A stretch of 64,000 nt of DNA from Candidatus Poribacteria bacterium (GTDB lineage: Bacteria; Poribacteria; WGA-4E; WGA-3G). The position numbers and the translations under genes were made by a program. The first letter of the stretch is position 1; each line of letters opens with the position of its first letter. The notes under the pieces were generated by a model. That model was not told the DNA's origin. It did no database searches and saw only the letters and a program-made list of their open reading frames with translations. The DNA lies in contig OZ244048.1 of the NCBI GenBank assembly GCA_965215265.1, positions 3,072,001 to 3,136,000 on the forward strand. The letters run 5' to 3'. Positions 1-11,767 of this stretch are shown here, piece by piece.

Positions 1-1755
1 ATTGGACAAACCTTGCACACAACCGACGGTGGAAAAACATGGAAGCTTCAGAAAACTGGAACGACGATGCAATCTATCACTGCGCTGCACTTTATCAACA
101 GTCAGGAAGGTTGGGCGGTGACGCCGCAGCGACGAGACGGCGGATTCATTCTCCAGACCGTTGATGGGGGAGATTATTGGAAGATTCAGGCGAAAACCAA
201 CCAACCCGGCATCGCAGTCCATTTTGTAGACAAAACCCACGGTTGGGTCATCCTCGGCAACGGGAATTCGTTGCTTACTGAGGATGGTGGTGAAACTTGG
301 AAATTGAGAACGGCTATGAAAGGAGCAGAGGGGTTACGTCGCGTGACATTTAGTTCCCATACGCAGGCCTGGGGCCTTGGTAGGCGTGGTGCTTTTATCA
401 CTGAAGATCAAGGCATGAATTGGAAAGCAGTACCTGTCACTATTAAAGGGGAGAGAGTTACTAGGACAACACCTGAACCGGAGCTACCTGAAGAGATGGC
501 TTTAGCGAAAGCAGCAGAAACGGAAGAAAAAGAAGAAGGACCTACGCTGCGATATAACGAATCGCCTGTTGATGCGCTTCAAAATAGACTTCGGGCTCAA
601 ACCCAACGGCCTGGGCGGTTCGCGCCAGAAGGTGAGCTTCCACCGGATACAGTTGAAGTGCGCCCGGTGCAAGAGCCAAATAGACAGCAGACGGAACCCG
701 AACCACCACGAGAATCTCAAGGCAGAAGGCGCAGAAGCCAACGCATCGCCAGCGTTTATTTTTTGGACGCGCAACAGGCATGGGCAGCTGGCAGTGCCGG
801 AAGTATCTATCGCACTGTGGACGGCGGGAAAACATGGGAGCGGCAACTTGGAGAGCCTGAGCTCAATAACTTCCGAGAGGTGCTCTTCTACGATGAGAAG
901 AATGGTTGGATTGCCGGAGATAGGGGTGTCCTCTTAGAAACCCAAGATGGTGGTCAGAATTGGAACCCTCTTCCGATCGGAACGCGCCAACGCTTCATCG
1001 GGATTCACTTCGCGAGTATGGAGCCAAAATGGGGATGGACAATGCGCAGTGACGGGACCGTTCTATACACGACAGAAGGGCAAAAGTGGACAGCCGGTGA
1101 TACGCCTGAGCGGCCCCCCTTCATGGAAGGCGATGCGCCCGGCCCCTTTTCTCTTAATGATGTCGACTTTGGTAAGTTTTCTGAAGGATGGGCGGTTGGT
1201 AGATTTGGAGACATCATCCACAACAAAGATGGGGGTCCTACGTGGACACTCCAGCGCACCACTGCCAATGATACACTCACAAGTATTGATATGAAATTCG
1301 CGCCCCTCGGATGGGCAGTCGGACGCGGCGGGGCTGTCCAGCGCACCATCAATGGCGGGGAGTATTGGCGGCTCCACGAAAGCAAGACAAGCTACGAGCT
1401 CAATGCAGTCTCATTTATTGCAAAGCGGAAAGGATGGGCGGCTGGCGAAGCGGGTATCGTCTTAAAAACTACCGATGGCGGTTTTACTTGGATACCTAAG
1501 TCAATAGGTGTTCCCCAAACACTTCATGGCATTCTGGCGCTCTCTGAATCAGAAATCTATGCAGTTGGCGAAGCCGGCATGATTCTCCATTCAGCCGATG
1601 GTGGGGAAACGTGGACGCAAGAACATACCGATATTGATAATGACCTCTACGTTATCACACGGGCCAAAGATGGAAGCGCATTATGGGTTGTTGGGCAGTG
1701 GGGTGTTGTTCTCCGTCGGAAAATAGAGAGGCCGGAACGCGTATCAAGGCGGTAA
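1..1755 (+). CDS. Ycf48-like/BNR (Asp-box) repeat beta-propeller protein, 5'-truncated by the window edge
   Basis: Many T.DGG.TW Asp-box repeats with GW.vG..G.i motifs; charged low-complexity insert at about 430-745. Confidence 0.85.
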   Translation: MGQTLHTTDGGKTWKLQKTGTTMQSITALHFINSQEGWAVTPQRRDGGFILQTVDGGDYWKIQAKTNQPGIAVHFVDKTHGWVILGNGNSLLTEDGGETWKLRTAMKGAEGLRRVTFSSHTQAWGLGRRGAFITEDQGMNWKAVPVTIKGERVTRTTPEPELPEEMALAKAAETEEKEEGPTLRYNESPVDALQNRLRAQTQRPGRFAPEGELPPDTVEVRPVQEPNRQQTEPEPPRESQGRRRRSQRIASVYFLDAQQAWAAGSAGSIYRTVDGGKTWERQLGEPELNNFREVLFYDEKNGWIAGDRGVLLETQDGGQNWNPLPIGTRQRFIGIHFASMEPKWGWTMRSDGTVLYTTEGQKWTAGDTPERPPFMEGDAPGPFSLNDVDFGKFSEGWAVGRFGDIIHNKDGGPTWTLQRTTANDTLTSIDMKFAPLGWAVGRGGAVQRTINGGEYWRLHESKTSYELNAVSFIAKRKGWAAGEAGIVLKTTDGGFTWIPKSIGVPQTLHGILALSESEIYAVGEAGMILHSADGGETWTQEHTDIDNDLYVITRAKDGSALWVVGQWGVVLRRKIERPERVSRR

Positions 1756-2026
1756 TGTGTATCTCTGGTTAGAATCAGTTGGCACTCTGTGTGGCGAGGA
1801 TTCCCCTCGCCATGCACACAATTTTGTCCTCGTGACAAATAGATTGTAGGTTAATCTAAAAACTATTTGTCAGAGGTCTTACCAAATCCTACCCAAAAGA
1901 CGGTTTGTGCAAGCAGACTTGCCGTATAGCACAAGAAAACGAAGTAACTCTGCTTCACACATTTTTCTTGGCATTTTTCCAAAATTATGATAAAATTCTA
2001 TCAATTTATAACGGAAAATCGAAGAG

Positions 2027-2998
2027 ATGAAATCAAAATCCAGCAAATCTTTACTCATTTCAGTTGCTTTGCACGCGCTCGTTGGGGTTCTCGGGTTCTT
2101 TTTCTGGTTTAGCACGAAACCGACGGGTGAAGTCGCCAGTATCAACGCGTTGTTCATCACTGAAGAAAAACCGAAAGTACGACGTGTGACACCGCCAAAA
2201 CGCACGGAGATCCGACAACAAACCACGCGGAATATGAGCCAGCCGCGTCTGAAAATCCTGACGAGCAATGAACCGGTGAGCAACCGGGGCGTAGTATCTG
2301 CGTCGGAACCGGCACCGTTCCAGCCGTTTGGGACGCTTAACTTAGATGATAGCATGGCCGGGCCGACCTCAACAACTGTGGAATTTGGAGAGGCACCACG
2401 CGTCCAGAGAACTATTGAACGGCCTTTTAAAAAGCAAGAGAAAACAGAAACGCGTGCTAAGAGTAGACTCGTTAAATTTATTGAGGCACAAGAAGGGGCA
2501 CAACGGATTATCTATTGCGTGGATCTGTCTACCAGTATGCAGAATCTTCCAGAGCCAAAATTCATGAAGATTGTTAATCTGATGCGCAACTCACTAACTT
2601 TCCTGGAACCACACGATAGTTTTAACATCGTGGCATTTAGCACAGAGTTGGTTATGTATCAGAAAGATTTTGTCCCGGTGAGAGAGGAGACTGTAACAGC
2701 ATCAGCGGCGTATTTAGCGGACATCCAATCACAGATTCACACGAAAGGTGCAGATCACGATATGTTGACAGCATTGACCGAAATAGCCAAAACGGGTCCG
2801 ACGATAGTGGTACTTTTTAGCGATGGAATTCCGACAACCCTTGAAAAACCCGATTTGATGTTAGTCGGACAACATGCAACAGGCAACGGGCATATCTTCG
2901 CAATGGGTATTGGGATGGCACCCAATTTTCCCGGTGCAGTCATGTTGAAGCAACTTGCTACCGTTAGCACCGGAGACCTCTGGCTCGTTGATAGATAA
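2027..2998 (+). CDS. Membrane-anchored VWA-domain protein
   Basis: N-terminal TM helix (SVALHALVGVLGFFF), MIDAS-like DLSTSM, LFSDG. Confidence 0.75.
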   Translation: MKSKSSKSLLISVALHALVGVLGFFFWFSTKPTGEVASINALFITEEKPKVRRVTPPKRTEIRQQTTRNMSQPRLKILTSNEPVSNRGVVSASEPAPFQPFGTLNLDDSMAGPTSTTVEFGEAPRVQRTIERPFKKQEKTETRAKSRLVKFIEAQEGAQRIIYCVDLSTSMQNLPEPKFMKIVNLMRNSLTFLEPHDSFNIVAFSTELVMYQKDFVPVREETVTASAAYLADIQSQIHTKGADHDMLTALTEIAKTGPTIVVLFSDGIPTTLEKPDLMLVGQHATGNGHIFAMGIGMAPNFPGAVMLKQLATVSTGDLWLVDR

Positions 2999-3010
2999 GG
3001 GATCAGGCTC

Positions 3011-4134
3011 ATGCGTCAGTCTATACTTACGCGTGCTAAAGAAATTGCGAACGGGCTCTATCCGCACCAGATTGAAGGCATAGCCTTTCTGCTCAGTCGC
3101 CGGCGTGCCCTTCTCGCTAATTACATGGACTTAGGCAAAACCCGGCAATCGGTTCTGGCGATGGTTGAAGCCGAACGCACGGGTCCGTATCTGGTTATCT
3201 GTCCTGCATCTGTTAAACGGAATTGGGAACGTGAAATTCTGTACGTACTCCTGAAGGTTGACACTGCCATCGTTGGCCCCACAGATGCAACGGAGGAGGC
3301 AGATAAGAATCCAGAGCGGCGACGAGTAGTCGGTAAGTTAGCCACAGCTCGCCGAAAACTTGCGTTCGCGAAGTGTCGCCATACCATAAAATTTGTCAAA
3401 AATGCCATTGAACAAGGCGAAAAAGTTATTCTTTTTTCTACGTTCCTGAATACTATTGAACGTTTTTATAAACACTTCGGTACGCAGGCAGTCGTCGTAT
3501 CCGGAGAAGTACCAACTGGGGAACGGCAAACCCGCGTCGATCAGTTTCAAAACGATGCGAATGTCAGACTCTTCATTGCCAATATGCACGTCGCGGGAGT
3601 CGGCTTAAATCTGACAGCTGGACGACAAGTCGTGTTTAACGATTTGGATTGGGTGCCAGCGAAAGCGAGCTTAATGAGTGCCTTCGTTGAAGGCACTTTG
3701 TTGATGCCTGATGAAAACAGCCCACTACAAGGAGATGTCCTCAGCGAACTCAAACTCTGATGAATGTACTATCTATCCATGCCACCGAAATTGAGCAGAC
3801 ACAACTGCTTGATGTCCTCCGTAAGGTGAGTGATGCCTACCTTGAAGATAACGTGTCACATCTCCGCGAAGCCACGCGTGAACAACTCCGTCCATACTCC
3901 GAAGAAGCTATCCATACCCTTGCCAAAGTCATAGCTGAACCTCAGCGTACCGTATATCATGTTCAGGATTCTTCACAAAAAGAGCAGTTTTATACACTTG
4001 AGGTCGTAGGCGCAGACGTTACGTGCGGCTGTCCGGGTTTCATATACCGCGGTAGCTGCCGACATGTCCGGCCGCTGAAATCCGCTCTCGTTGCTGATAA
4101 ACCGTTGCCAGAAGGGTATCAAAAAATTTGCTAA
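3011..4134 (+). pseudogene. Decayed SNF2/HARP-like helicase with C-terminal SWIM zinc finger
   Basis: LYPHQ, degenerate motif I (ANYMDLGKT), CPASVK.NW, GVGLNLT; DExH and motif VI absent; frame break at about 3758; CGCPGF...CRH SWIM motif in 3760-4134. Confidence 0.75.
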
Positions 4135-4351
4135 GTTAATAGTGGAGTACGGATCCATATTTTCAGCAACTTTCTCACGGTTAAACAGTATATGCAAACT
4201 GCCGCTTATTCCATACAATTTTAAGGTTGTCGCTTTCCAAAAAATGTGGCGTGCAGATCCTGTTCAAGTCAAGGTTTTTTTCGGACAAAAAATTGCTGGC
4301 ATATACCGAAGTGTATATGCTATAATGGCTTAAACCAAAGGAGACAGCAAA

Positions 4352-4960
4352 ATGAAATTGCAATCCGTAAAAGCAAGTTTTTGGCTTGCAAAACTGAGAT
4401 TTCCGCTACTTGTCGAACTTCGCTTGCAAGCACTTTTTGTGATACTGTTAACGGTGATGTTTGCTGGGTGCTATACGAAACTCGGTTACTATGATACTGC
4501 CTACCTCCAGCAAGAGAAATATGAACTGGTAACGGATACAGGGGAAGAAACGGAAAAAGATGCTAATGTCCAAAAACCGGCAGAAGTAGAAGAATCTGAA
4601 GGCTATTATGGACGAAGAAAGCCGCCGTCCCGTATTTCAACTCCTTACATAGGAGATACCTATTGGACAACTTATGTACCTTACTGGTTTGCCTACTATC
4701 CGGTGGTTCCTTATTATTATCCTTATCCGGCCTACGGATACAGTAGATACTACGGTTACTCCGCCTATTATCCGTGGTATTATAATAACTATTATCTTTA
4801 TAGGTGGTACCGGAGAAGCACTTACGTTCCTAACTCGCGACGGACGTATAAAAACAGCAGCATAAGGCGTGAGCATCGACGTTCAAGGAGTGTAACTTCG
4901 CCACGGACGCAATCTGAACGGTTTCAGCATGGAAAAACCAGAAATAAACCATCAAAATAA
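4352..4960 (+). CDS. Tyr-rich putative lipoprotein
   Basis: Hydrophobic stretch then lipobox FAGC; Tyr/Pro-rich core; Arg/Ser-rich tail. Confidence 0.65.
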   Translation: MKLQSVKASFWLAKLRFPLLVELRLQALFVILLTVMFAGCYTKLGYYDTAYLQQEKYELVTDTGEETEKDANVQKPAEVEESEGYYGRRKPPSRISTPYIGDTYWTTYVPYWFAYYPVVPYYYPYPAYGYSRYYGYSAYYPWYYNNYYLYRWYRRSTYVPNSRRTYKNSSIRREHRRSRSVTSPRTQSERFQHGKTRNKPSK

Positions 4961-4977
4961 CAACGGAGGAATAAAAA

Positions 4978-6291
4978 ATGAAACAGACAGTGGACACATC
5001 TTTAAGACGAAACTTGCATATTCCCTATATTGTAATGTATTGGCTTATCGCAACAGCGTTTTTCGTGCCTGCTGTGACAGCCCAAGTGGAAGAGATAGCT
5101 ATCGGCAATACGTTTGGGCTCGGTGCCCGGAGCATGGGCATGGGCGGTGCATCACTTGGACTAGCTGATGATTTCACAGCACTCTATTGGAATCCTGCAG
5201 GCATGGCACAAATCCGAAAATTTGAACTGTTCAGTAGCTTTTCATACAATACGGCGAGTGCGGATACTTACTTCGCTGATTCACAAGTAACAGGAACTAG
5301 TCGGACGCGGACACGCCCAAACGCTTTCGGGTTTGTTTATCCGTTCCAGGTTAGGCAAGGCGGTCTGGCAATTGCCTTTGGCTATAATCGTCCACAAAAC
5401 TTTGATTATCAGACAGATATTCAAGGGATAGATCCAAGTTCAGGAACCGAATTTAGTGGGCTTGATGTTAAGGAAACTAACGTCAACAGCGGTGGAATAG
5501 GTATCTGGAGTTTTGGCATCAGTACGTTCGTTGCCAAGCGAATTCTCATTGGCGGTTCATTAGATTTCTGGCAAGGACAGAGTTTGAATGAATTAGATGC
5601 AACAGCCACTGACATAGTGAACGTGGATGGCGATTTGGCGCGCTTCAGATATGACGACGAAATTGATAGGGAATACTCCGGGCTCGGTGGAAGAGTGGGG
5701 CTTCTCGTACATCTGACAGATGCCATCAGCCTTGGTTTGACACTCGTTTCTCCAATTGAATTGGGCGTTGACGAACTCTGGTATCAGCATACTCAGTTAC
5801 TTTATGATAGTGGTGAAGAGGAGTCAGATTCGCAAAGTGGTTCACAAACATTTGATATTGAGCGTCCGTTTGAAATTGGAACAGGATTTGCTGTCAAACT
5901 GCTAAATAATCAGTTAATCTTGGGAGGTGATATTCAACTTACGGACTGGTCACAAACACGCTACGACCCGGTTCCTGCGGACGACATCTCGAAAGATAAT
6001 TTTACGAAGTCCTATGCCATCACTTTCCAGACGCGGGTTGGGGCAGAATATCGAATTCCACAGATTGATACACACATCCGTCTGGGCTATTTTCGAGATA
6101 CGATTCCATTTACGGAAACCGAGATTGAGAATGAGCGGGATTTTTTGACTGCAGGGATTGGAAAAATTTTCGAGGATGCCCTGAAGTTTGATCTGGCGTA
6201 TATGCACGGCAATTGGCAGCTGCACCGGAACGCACTAACGACTGAACGGATTACACACCGTGTGTTCGTGTCTGCAGCGTACCGCTTTTGA
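4978..6291 (+). CDS. OmpP1/FadL family outer-membrane beta-barrel
   Basis: Signal peptide, GARSMGMGGA...ALYWNPAG motif, C-terminal YRF. Confidence 0.85.
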   Translation: MKQTVDTSLRRNLHIPYIVMYWLIATAFFVPAVTAQVEEIAIGNTFGLGARSMGMGGASLGLADDFTALYWNPAGMAQIRKFELFSSFSYNTASADTYFADSQVTGTSRTRTRPNAFGFVYPFQVRQGGLAIAFGYNRPQNFDYQTDIQGIDPSSGTEFSGLDVKETNVNSGGIGIWSFGISTFVAKRILIGGSLDFWQGQSLNELDATATDIVNVDGDLARFRYDDEIDREYSGLGGRVGLLVHLTDAISLGLTLVSPIELGVDELWYQHTQLLYDSGEEESDSQSGSQTFDIERPFEIGTGFAVKLLNNQLILGGDIQLTDWSQTRYDPVPADDISKDNFTKSYAITFQTRVGAEYRIPQIDTHIRLGYFRDTIPFTETEIENERDFLTAGIGKIFEDALKFDLAYMHGNWQLHRNALTTERITHRVFVSAAYRF

Positions 6292-6385
6292 TGTCAGTAT
6301 AAGCGAGCCAGTTCCTATAAGGACAGCTACTTAATCAATTCTGCCCTTATAAGAACTGGTAATGGAAAATGGAGGACATCGTCGG

Positions 6386-6787
6386 TTAAACGAGTTGGAT
6401 GTATGCCATTTGTGCCCCGTCGCCTTTTCTGAGTTCACCTCGTATAATTCGCGTATAACCGCCATTCCGGTCTTGATAGCGTGGTCCGATTTCATCAAAC
6501 AACTTGTGTATAACAGCGTGCTTATCAATCGCGGCACTTTCTCCTCTCTGCGGCGTGTAGTGTAAGTCGCGTCCGTAGAGAAACTTTGCAGCTTGTCGGC
6601 GGGCATGCGAGTCGCCTTTTTTAGCGAGGGTAATCAATTTTTCAGCAAAACTCCGCAGCTCCTTGCATTTTGGCAAGGTGGTCCGGATCTGTTCATGTTC
6701 AAAGAGTGCTGTTGCTTGATTTCGGAATAGCGCCTTGCGATGACTTGTAGTTCTGCCGAGTTTCCTGCCATGTTTTCTATGTCTCAT
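6386..6787 (-). CDS. rplQ: 50S ribosomal protein L17
   Basis: MRHRK.GRKLGRT.SHRKA, GGYTRII. Confidence 0.97.
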   Translation of the reverse strand: MRHRKHGRKLGRTTSHRKALFRNQATALFEHEQIRTTLPKCKELRSFAEKLITLAKKGDSHARRQAAKFLYGRDLHYTPQRGESAAIDKHAVIHKLFDEIGPRYQDRNGGYTRIIRGELRKGDGAQMAYIQLV

Positions 6788-7805
6788 CTGCTTCTTCTCC
6801 TTTCTCATCTTCAACGGTATTGAGGTATTCCTCTCCGTTGCTGTGTTCATCGTCAAAGTTCATACCGAATTTGAGCCCCATGTTGCTGAGCTGGTTCTTA
6901 ATTTCAATCAGCGAGGTTTTCCCGAAATTCTTGTATGCGAGCATATTTCGCTCGTCCTTCATCACGAGTTCGCGGATGGTTTTGATATTCGCGTTTTTCA
7001 GGCAATTTGAGGCACGTACAGAGAGGTCCAGTTCCGAGACAGGTTTTTCTAGGTGTCTATCTCGCCTCATTTTCACTGGGTCTACCTCTGGTTCTGGTTC
7101 AATGTAGGTTTCATCAAAATCCTCAAACAGTTCAAACTGTTTTATCAAAATCTTAGCGGCCTGGGTTACCGCTTGCTTTGGGGTGATACTTGCATCTGTC
7201 CAAACTTCAAGGTTAAGGCTATCAAAGTTAGTCATATCACCGACGCGAGTTTCTTCAACGGAAAAATTAACTTTTTCGATAGGGGAAAATTTTGCATCCA
7301 CAGGAATCAATCCGATAGGATTCTTCACGGGTCTGTGGTCTTCAGCTAGGGAGTATCCCCTTCCGTTTCGGAGCTGGATTTCCATATCCAATCCGTCGCA
7401 TCTATCAAGTGTAGCGATGTGCTGGTCTGGGTTTATAATTTCAACACGGGCGTTCGGACGGATGTCTGCCGCGGTTAATTCTCCTGAGCCAGCGGCACTC
7501 AGATTTAACTCTACGAGGTCATCTGTATCAATCCGGAACCGGATCTCCTTGAGGTTGAGAATAATCTGTACGACATCCTCTTTGACACCGGGGATTGTGG
7601 AATATTCATGCTGTACCTGGTCAATGCGAATTGCAGTAATTGCGGCCCCTTTAATTGAAGAAAAGAGGATTCGGCGAAACGCGTTACCGAGGGTTGTTCC
7701 AAATCCTCGTTCAAAAGGTTCAGCAGTATACTTTCCATAATTAGTGCGTAAAGTTGACGTATCAGTTATCACTCGCTCGGGTCTCTGTAGCTCGGACCTT
7801 ATCAT
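6777..7805 (-). CDS. rpoA: RNA polymerase alpha subunit
   Basis: [34 protein letters not shown]. Confidence 0.98.
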   Translation of the reverse strand: MIRSELQRPERVITDTSTLRTNYGKYTAEPFERGFGTTLGNAFRRILFSSIKGAAITAIRIDQVQHEYSTIPGVKEDVVQIILNLKEIRFRIDTDDLVELNLSAAGSGELTAADIRPNARVEIINPDQHIATLDRCDGLDMEIQLRNGRGYSLAEDHRPVKNPIGLIPVDAKFSPIEKVNFSVEETRVGDMTNFDSLNLEVWTDASITPKQAVTQAAKILIKQFELFEDFDETYIEPEPEVDPVKMRRDRHLEKPVSELDLSVRASNCLKNANIKTIRELVMKDERNMLAYKNFGKTSLIEIKNQLSNMGLKFGMNFDDEHSNGEEYLNTVEDEKGEEADET

Positions 7806-7985
7806 CGATTTCCTCCTATAGGATTAATTGGACTTTTTGTTTATGTAGGCGCGCGTAGGGCGAGCCTGGGCAATGCGCCTTAATGTGCACGTTGAATGCT
7901 GATTTCCGCACCCTTCATTGGGGTTTACGGACACGTTCTGCAAAGACATCAGGACTTCACCCGTGCCCTATATGGACGGCTAAAA

Positions 7986-8058
7986 GTTGCGAGATAGGTA
8001 TTCTTTGTCTCTCCTTTCAGGAGAGACAAAGAATACCTTTTACTCGCAACCCACTGGG
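7986..8058 (+). repeat. Palindromic element copy A
   Basis: GTTGCGAG-ATAGGTATTCTTTGTCTCTCCT-TTC-AGGAGAGACAAAGAATACCTTTTA-CTCGCAAC-CCACTGGG. Confidence 0.9.
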
Positions 8059-8138
8059 TGGATTGTTCATTAGGTGTGGGAATCCTGCAGATACTTCCGC
8101 TGCAATTGGCCAAGCCATATTGGAATATGAAGGGGTGC

Positions 8139-8774
8139 CTACTTGGAGTAAAGTTCAATGATTAGCTGCGTTTCAAGTTCTGTTTCAATCTGCTCTACTA
8201 GGGGTGCTCCCTGTACACGTCCTTCTGCTTTATCTGTATCTATATCAAGCCATTCAGGTGCGCCGCGCTGCCGTGCGTAATCCAGGGCTTCTTGAATGGC
8301 AGCGAGATTACGGCTGCGCTCGCGTGGCGTGATAATGTCGCCGACCTGTACAATATAGGAAGGAATATTAACTCGTTTGCCATTAACCGTGAAGTGATTA
8401 TGCTTCACGAATTGGCGAGCTTGCTTGCGGGATGTTGCAAACCCGAGCCGGTAAACAACATTATCTAATCGGCGTTCAAGCAGGCTAATTAAATTTTGGC
8501 CGGTGATACCGGTTTGGCGAGCAGCTTTGAAGTAATAGTTGCGAAACTGTTTTTCGAAAATACCGTATGTCCGTTTCGCTTTCTGCTTGGCACGCAGCTG
8601 CCTTCTATAATCACCGCGTGCTCCACGACTTGGGGGTTTCTGGCCGTGCTCGCCTGGTGGGTAACTGCGGCGTTCAAAGGAACATTTGGGTCCGTAACAA
8701 CGATTTCCCTTTAGAAAAAGTTTTTCGCCCTCGCGCCGACATAATTTACAGACAGAATCTAGATATCTACTCAT
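8139..8774 (-). CDS. rpsD: 30S ribosomal protein S4 (zinc-type, CxxC)
   Basis: CKLCRREG, LERRLDNVVYRLGFA. Confidence 0.98.
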   Translation of the reverse strand: MSRYLDSVCKLCRREGEKLFLKGNRCYGPKCSFERRSYPPGEHGQKPPSRGARGDYRRQLRAKQKAKRTYGIFEKQFRNYYFKAARQTGITGQNLISLLERRLDNVVYRLGFATSRKQARQFVKHNHFTVNGKRVNIPSYIVQVGDIITPRERSRNLAAIQEALDYARQRGAPEWLDIDTDKAEGRVQGAPLVEQIETELETQLIIELYSK

Positions 8775-8790
8775 TATTTTGCCTCATTCC

Positions 8791-9162
8791 TCACACGCGT
8801 CGTCTCTTAGGCGGACGACATCCATTGTGTGGGATCGGTGTCACGTCCTTCATTGAAGTAATCGCAAGTCCAGCTTGGGCGAGAGCTCGAATCGAGGACT
8901 CCCGTCCTGAACCCGGTCCTTTGACTCTAACCTCTACGCGTTTCATACCGTGCTCCATTGCCCGACGGGCACATGCCTCTGCAGTCTGTTGTGCAGCAAA
9001 CGGCGTTGACTTCCGGGAGCCCGTGAACGTCATGCCTGCATTTGCCCAGGCAATCGTATTTCCGTTTAAGTCGGTGATAGTTATAATTGTGTTATTGAAG
9101 GTAGCCTGAATATGGGCGATGCCTTCAGGAACGTTTTTCCGTTCTCTTCTTCTTCCGCGCAA
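8791..9162 (-). CDS. rpsK: 30S ribosomal protein S11
   Basis: [27 protein letters not shown]. Confidence 0.98.
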   Translation of the reverse strand: MRGRRRERKNVPEGIAHIQATFNNTIITITDLNGNTIAWANAGMTFTGSRKSTPFAAQQTAEACARRAMEHGMKRVEVRVKGPGSGRESSIRALAQAGLAITSMKDVTPIPHNGCRPPKRRRV

Positions 9163-9278
9163 AACAGTTCTCCTTTTACTTATTTGCGTCTGCGAACGGC
9201 CGGGGCCTGGGTCAGCCGGGTTGGTTCAAGGCGGGTTGAATACGCCTTGAACTAACCCTGGGTAGTTGCTAACCTAAA

Positions 9279-9674
9279 CTAACCGCCCTTGCGTGCCGCC
9301 TCTTTGGCTTTTCTACCGACGGAAATAGTCCGTGCCTTGCCTTTACGAGTTCGAGCGTTAGTATTAGTACGCTGGCCTCGAACAGGTAGCTGCCGGCGAT
9401 GCCGTAGACCTCGATAACTGTTGATATCCATCAGTCGTTTTATGTTCTGGTCTACTTCGCGGCGCAAGTCACCCTCAACCTTATGCTCCTGGGTAATCTT
9501 GTTCCGGAGTTGGTTAATCTCGTTTTCCGCGAGGTTGTCAACCTTTTTCGCTGGATGGATTTCAAGGGAGGTCACGATTTGCTTTGCCGCGTAACGACCT
9601 ATGCCGTAAATGGCGGTGAGCGCAATATCTACGCGTTTATCGCGCGGTAAATCAACACCTGCAATCCTTGCCAT
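9279..9674 (-). CDS. rpsM: 30S ribosomal protein S13
   Basis: [26 protein letters not shown]. Confidence 0.98.
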   Translation of the reverse strand: MARIAGVDLPRDKRVDIALTAIYGIGRYAAKQIVTSLEIHPAKKVDNLAENEINQLRNKITQEHKVEGDLRREVDQNIKRLMDINSYRGLRHRRQLPVRGQRTNTNARTRKGKARTISVGRKAKEAARKGG

Positions 9675-9701
9675 GGTTTTCCTCCTTCAGTTTAAATAGG
9701 A

Positions 9702-9818
9702 TTAACCCTGACGTTGTTTGTGCCTGGGGTTTGATGGACAAATTACGCGGATAATCCGTTTTCGCTTAATGATTTTACATTGGTTACACATTTTTTTTAC
9801 AGACGGTCGAACTTTCAT
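9702..9818 (-). CDS. rpmJ: 50S ribosomal protein L36 (not in the ORF track)
   Basis: Manual translation [38 protein letters not shown]. Confidence 0.97.
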   Translation of the reverse strand: MKVRPSVKKMCNQCKIIKRKRIIRVICPSNPRHKQRQG

Positions 9819-9852
9819 GGTTTCCCCTTCAGGCAGGCAATAGCACCTGCAT

Positions 9853-11187
9853 TTAGCGCCGGCGGCCCTTGAGGCGCCGATCTTTTAGGAATCCTTCATA
9901 GTGACGCATTGTTAAGTAAGATTCAATTTGGGACATCGTATCCAACACCACGCCGACAACGATTAGAACCGAGGCACCTTCAACCATATTGCCGATGCCC
10001 AGGCGCGTTGTTATAATGATAGGAATTACGGAAATCGCAGCGAGGAATAACGCCCCAGGAAGCGTAATGCGTGTGAGCGTCGTGTTGATGTAATCTGCAG
10101 TCTGTTTTCCAGGGCGAATGCCGGGGATAAAACCCCCGTATTTCTGCAAGTTCTCTGCCATTTCGATTGGGTTGATTTGCACCGCTGTGTAAAAATAGGT
10201 AAACCCAATAATCAGCAGGGCGTAAACTATAAGATATAACGGTGCCCCAGGATCTATGAGTGCCCTTGCCCCGAGTACCCAACCCCAATCGCTGGGCAGA
10301 AAATTAAGGACAGTTGGCGGAAATTGAATCAACGTCACTGCAAAAATAATTGGAATCATTCCGGCTGCGTTAACGCGCAGCGGGAGGTGGGTCGTTTGCC
10401 CACCGAACACTCTCCGGCCACGAATCTGCCGTCCGTACTGAACCGGAATTTTTCGCACCGAAAGTGTAATGAATACAGTGCCCATAACCGCGATAACAAC
10501 TAACGCTATTAAGATAACAAGGCCTGGGAGTTTGAAACTGCTGCTTTCATTAAACAAATTGGTGAAGACAGTAGCAATGCCGCCCGGTAAACCTGCGATA
10601 ATTCCAACGGTAATAATCAATGAGATACCTTGCCCGATACCGCGCTCCGTTATCTGCTCTCCAAGCCACATCACAAAGGATGTGCCCGCTGTCAGGGTTA
10701 AGACAACAAGGAAATGCCACCAGAGCGTCGGATTCATAACTACCTGGCCCTGTTGGCCGGTAATGGATTCCGGATTCCGCAACACAATGCTGATCGTTAT
10801 ACCTTGAATGATACTCAGGATAACTGTTCCGTAGCGGGTGTACTGCGTAATCTTCTTTCTACCATCGGGCTCCTTGGAGAGTTTCTCTAAGGATGGCACA
10901 ATAACAGCGAGGAGCTGCATAATGATTGAGGCGCTAATATACGGCTGGATGCCCAGTGCGAAAATAGTCATCTGGCTGAATGCCCCGCCGGAGAACAGAT
11001 CTATAAATCCGATAACATTTCCGCCGCGCTCCATCAGCTGCTTAAAAAATGCTTCCAATGCCTGGTCATCAATACCGGGGAGTGTAATATGAGCACCGAG
11101 TCGGTAAATAATCAAGAACAACGCTGTAAAGATAATACGATTCCGCAATTCCGGGATTTTAAAAGCGTTTTGAAATGCCTTAATCAC
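9853..11187 (-). CDS. secY: Preprotein translocase SecY
   Basis: [37 protein letters not shown]. Confidence 0.98.
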   Translation of the reverse strand: MIKAFQNAFKIPELRNRIIFTALFLIIYRLGAHITLPGIDDQALEAFFKQLMERGGNVIGFIDLFSGGAFSQMTIFALGIQPYISASIIMQLLAVIVPSLEKLSKEPDGRKKITQYTRYGTVILSIIQGITISIVLRNPESITGQQGQVVMNPTLWWHFLVVLTLTAGTSFVMWLGEQITERGIGQGISLIITVGIIAGLPGGIATVFTNLFNESSSFKLPGLVILIALVVIAVMGTVFITLSVRKIPVQYGRQIRGRRVFGGQTTHLPLRVNAAGMIPIIFAVTLIQFPPTVLNFLPSDWGWVLGARALIDPGAPLYLIVYALLIIGFTYFYTAVQINPIEMAENLQKYGGFIPGIRPGKQTADYINTTLTRITLPGALFLAAISVIPIIITTRLGIGNMVEGASVLIVVGVVLDTMSQIESYLTMRHYEGFLKDRRLKGRRR

Positions 11188-11634
11188 TTAGATCTCCTCA
11201 ATTGTCCCGCCTTTAGCCTCAATTTTCTCAATCGCTGTTTTTGAGAAACGATGCGCTTGAACTTTCAGTCGTTTCTCAAGTTCCCCATCGCCCAATATCT
11301 TTATCTGCGCATTTTTCCGTTTCACGAGCCCGGCTTGACGGAGCAATTCGGGGCTCACAACAACCTCATCATCAAACAGATTGAGCGTTTGTACATTGAT
11401 AATATCGTACTCAAATCGTTTGTGGGCGATTCTTCTTGGACCTCGTTTAGGGAGCCGTCGTACGAGCGGCATCTGTCCCCCTTCAAACCATGCCGGAATA
11501 GAACCACCTGCGCGAGATTTTTGGCCTTTATGCCCGCGCCCACAAGTACCACCCCAGCCGGAGGCATTTCCCCGACCAACGCGTTTTCTGGCGCGGGTTG
11601 CTCCGGGTGCCGGCTTGAGTTCATTCAATTTCAT
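11188..11634 (-). CDS. rplO: 50S ribosomal protein L15
   Basis: GRGHKGQKSR, FEGGQMPL.RRLPKRG. Confidence 0.98.
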   Translation of the reverse strand: MKLNELKPAPGATRARKRVGRGNASGWGGTCGRGHKGQKSRAGGSIPAWFEGGQMPLVRRLPKRGPRRIAHKRFEYDIINVQTLNLFDDEVVVSPELLRQAGLVKRKNAQIKILGDGELEKRLKVQAHRFSKTAIEKIEAKGGTIEEI

Positions 11635-11767
11635 CAGGATTCACCTCCATTCGCATCGCAACAAGCATTACACAAAAACATTATGGCTCCTGACACAATG
11701 TGCTCGCTGCACGGGTGTGTTGTTAGTAACAGAAGGACATCTGTGTTTGTAAGATGACTTCCCGCTA

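Noticed and set aside
3758-3763. TGA read-through (Sec) at the helicase/SWIM junction
   Set aside because: The downstream ORF is in a different frame and two TGAs are adjacent, so a frameshift is the simpler explanation.
7986-8058. Palindromic element as an integron attC site
   Set aside because: GTT/AAC are outermost rather than in the RYYYAAC...GTTRRRY arrangement, other copies have GTG/CAC, and there is no cassette array or intI.
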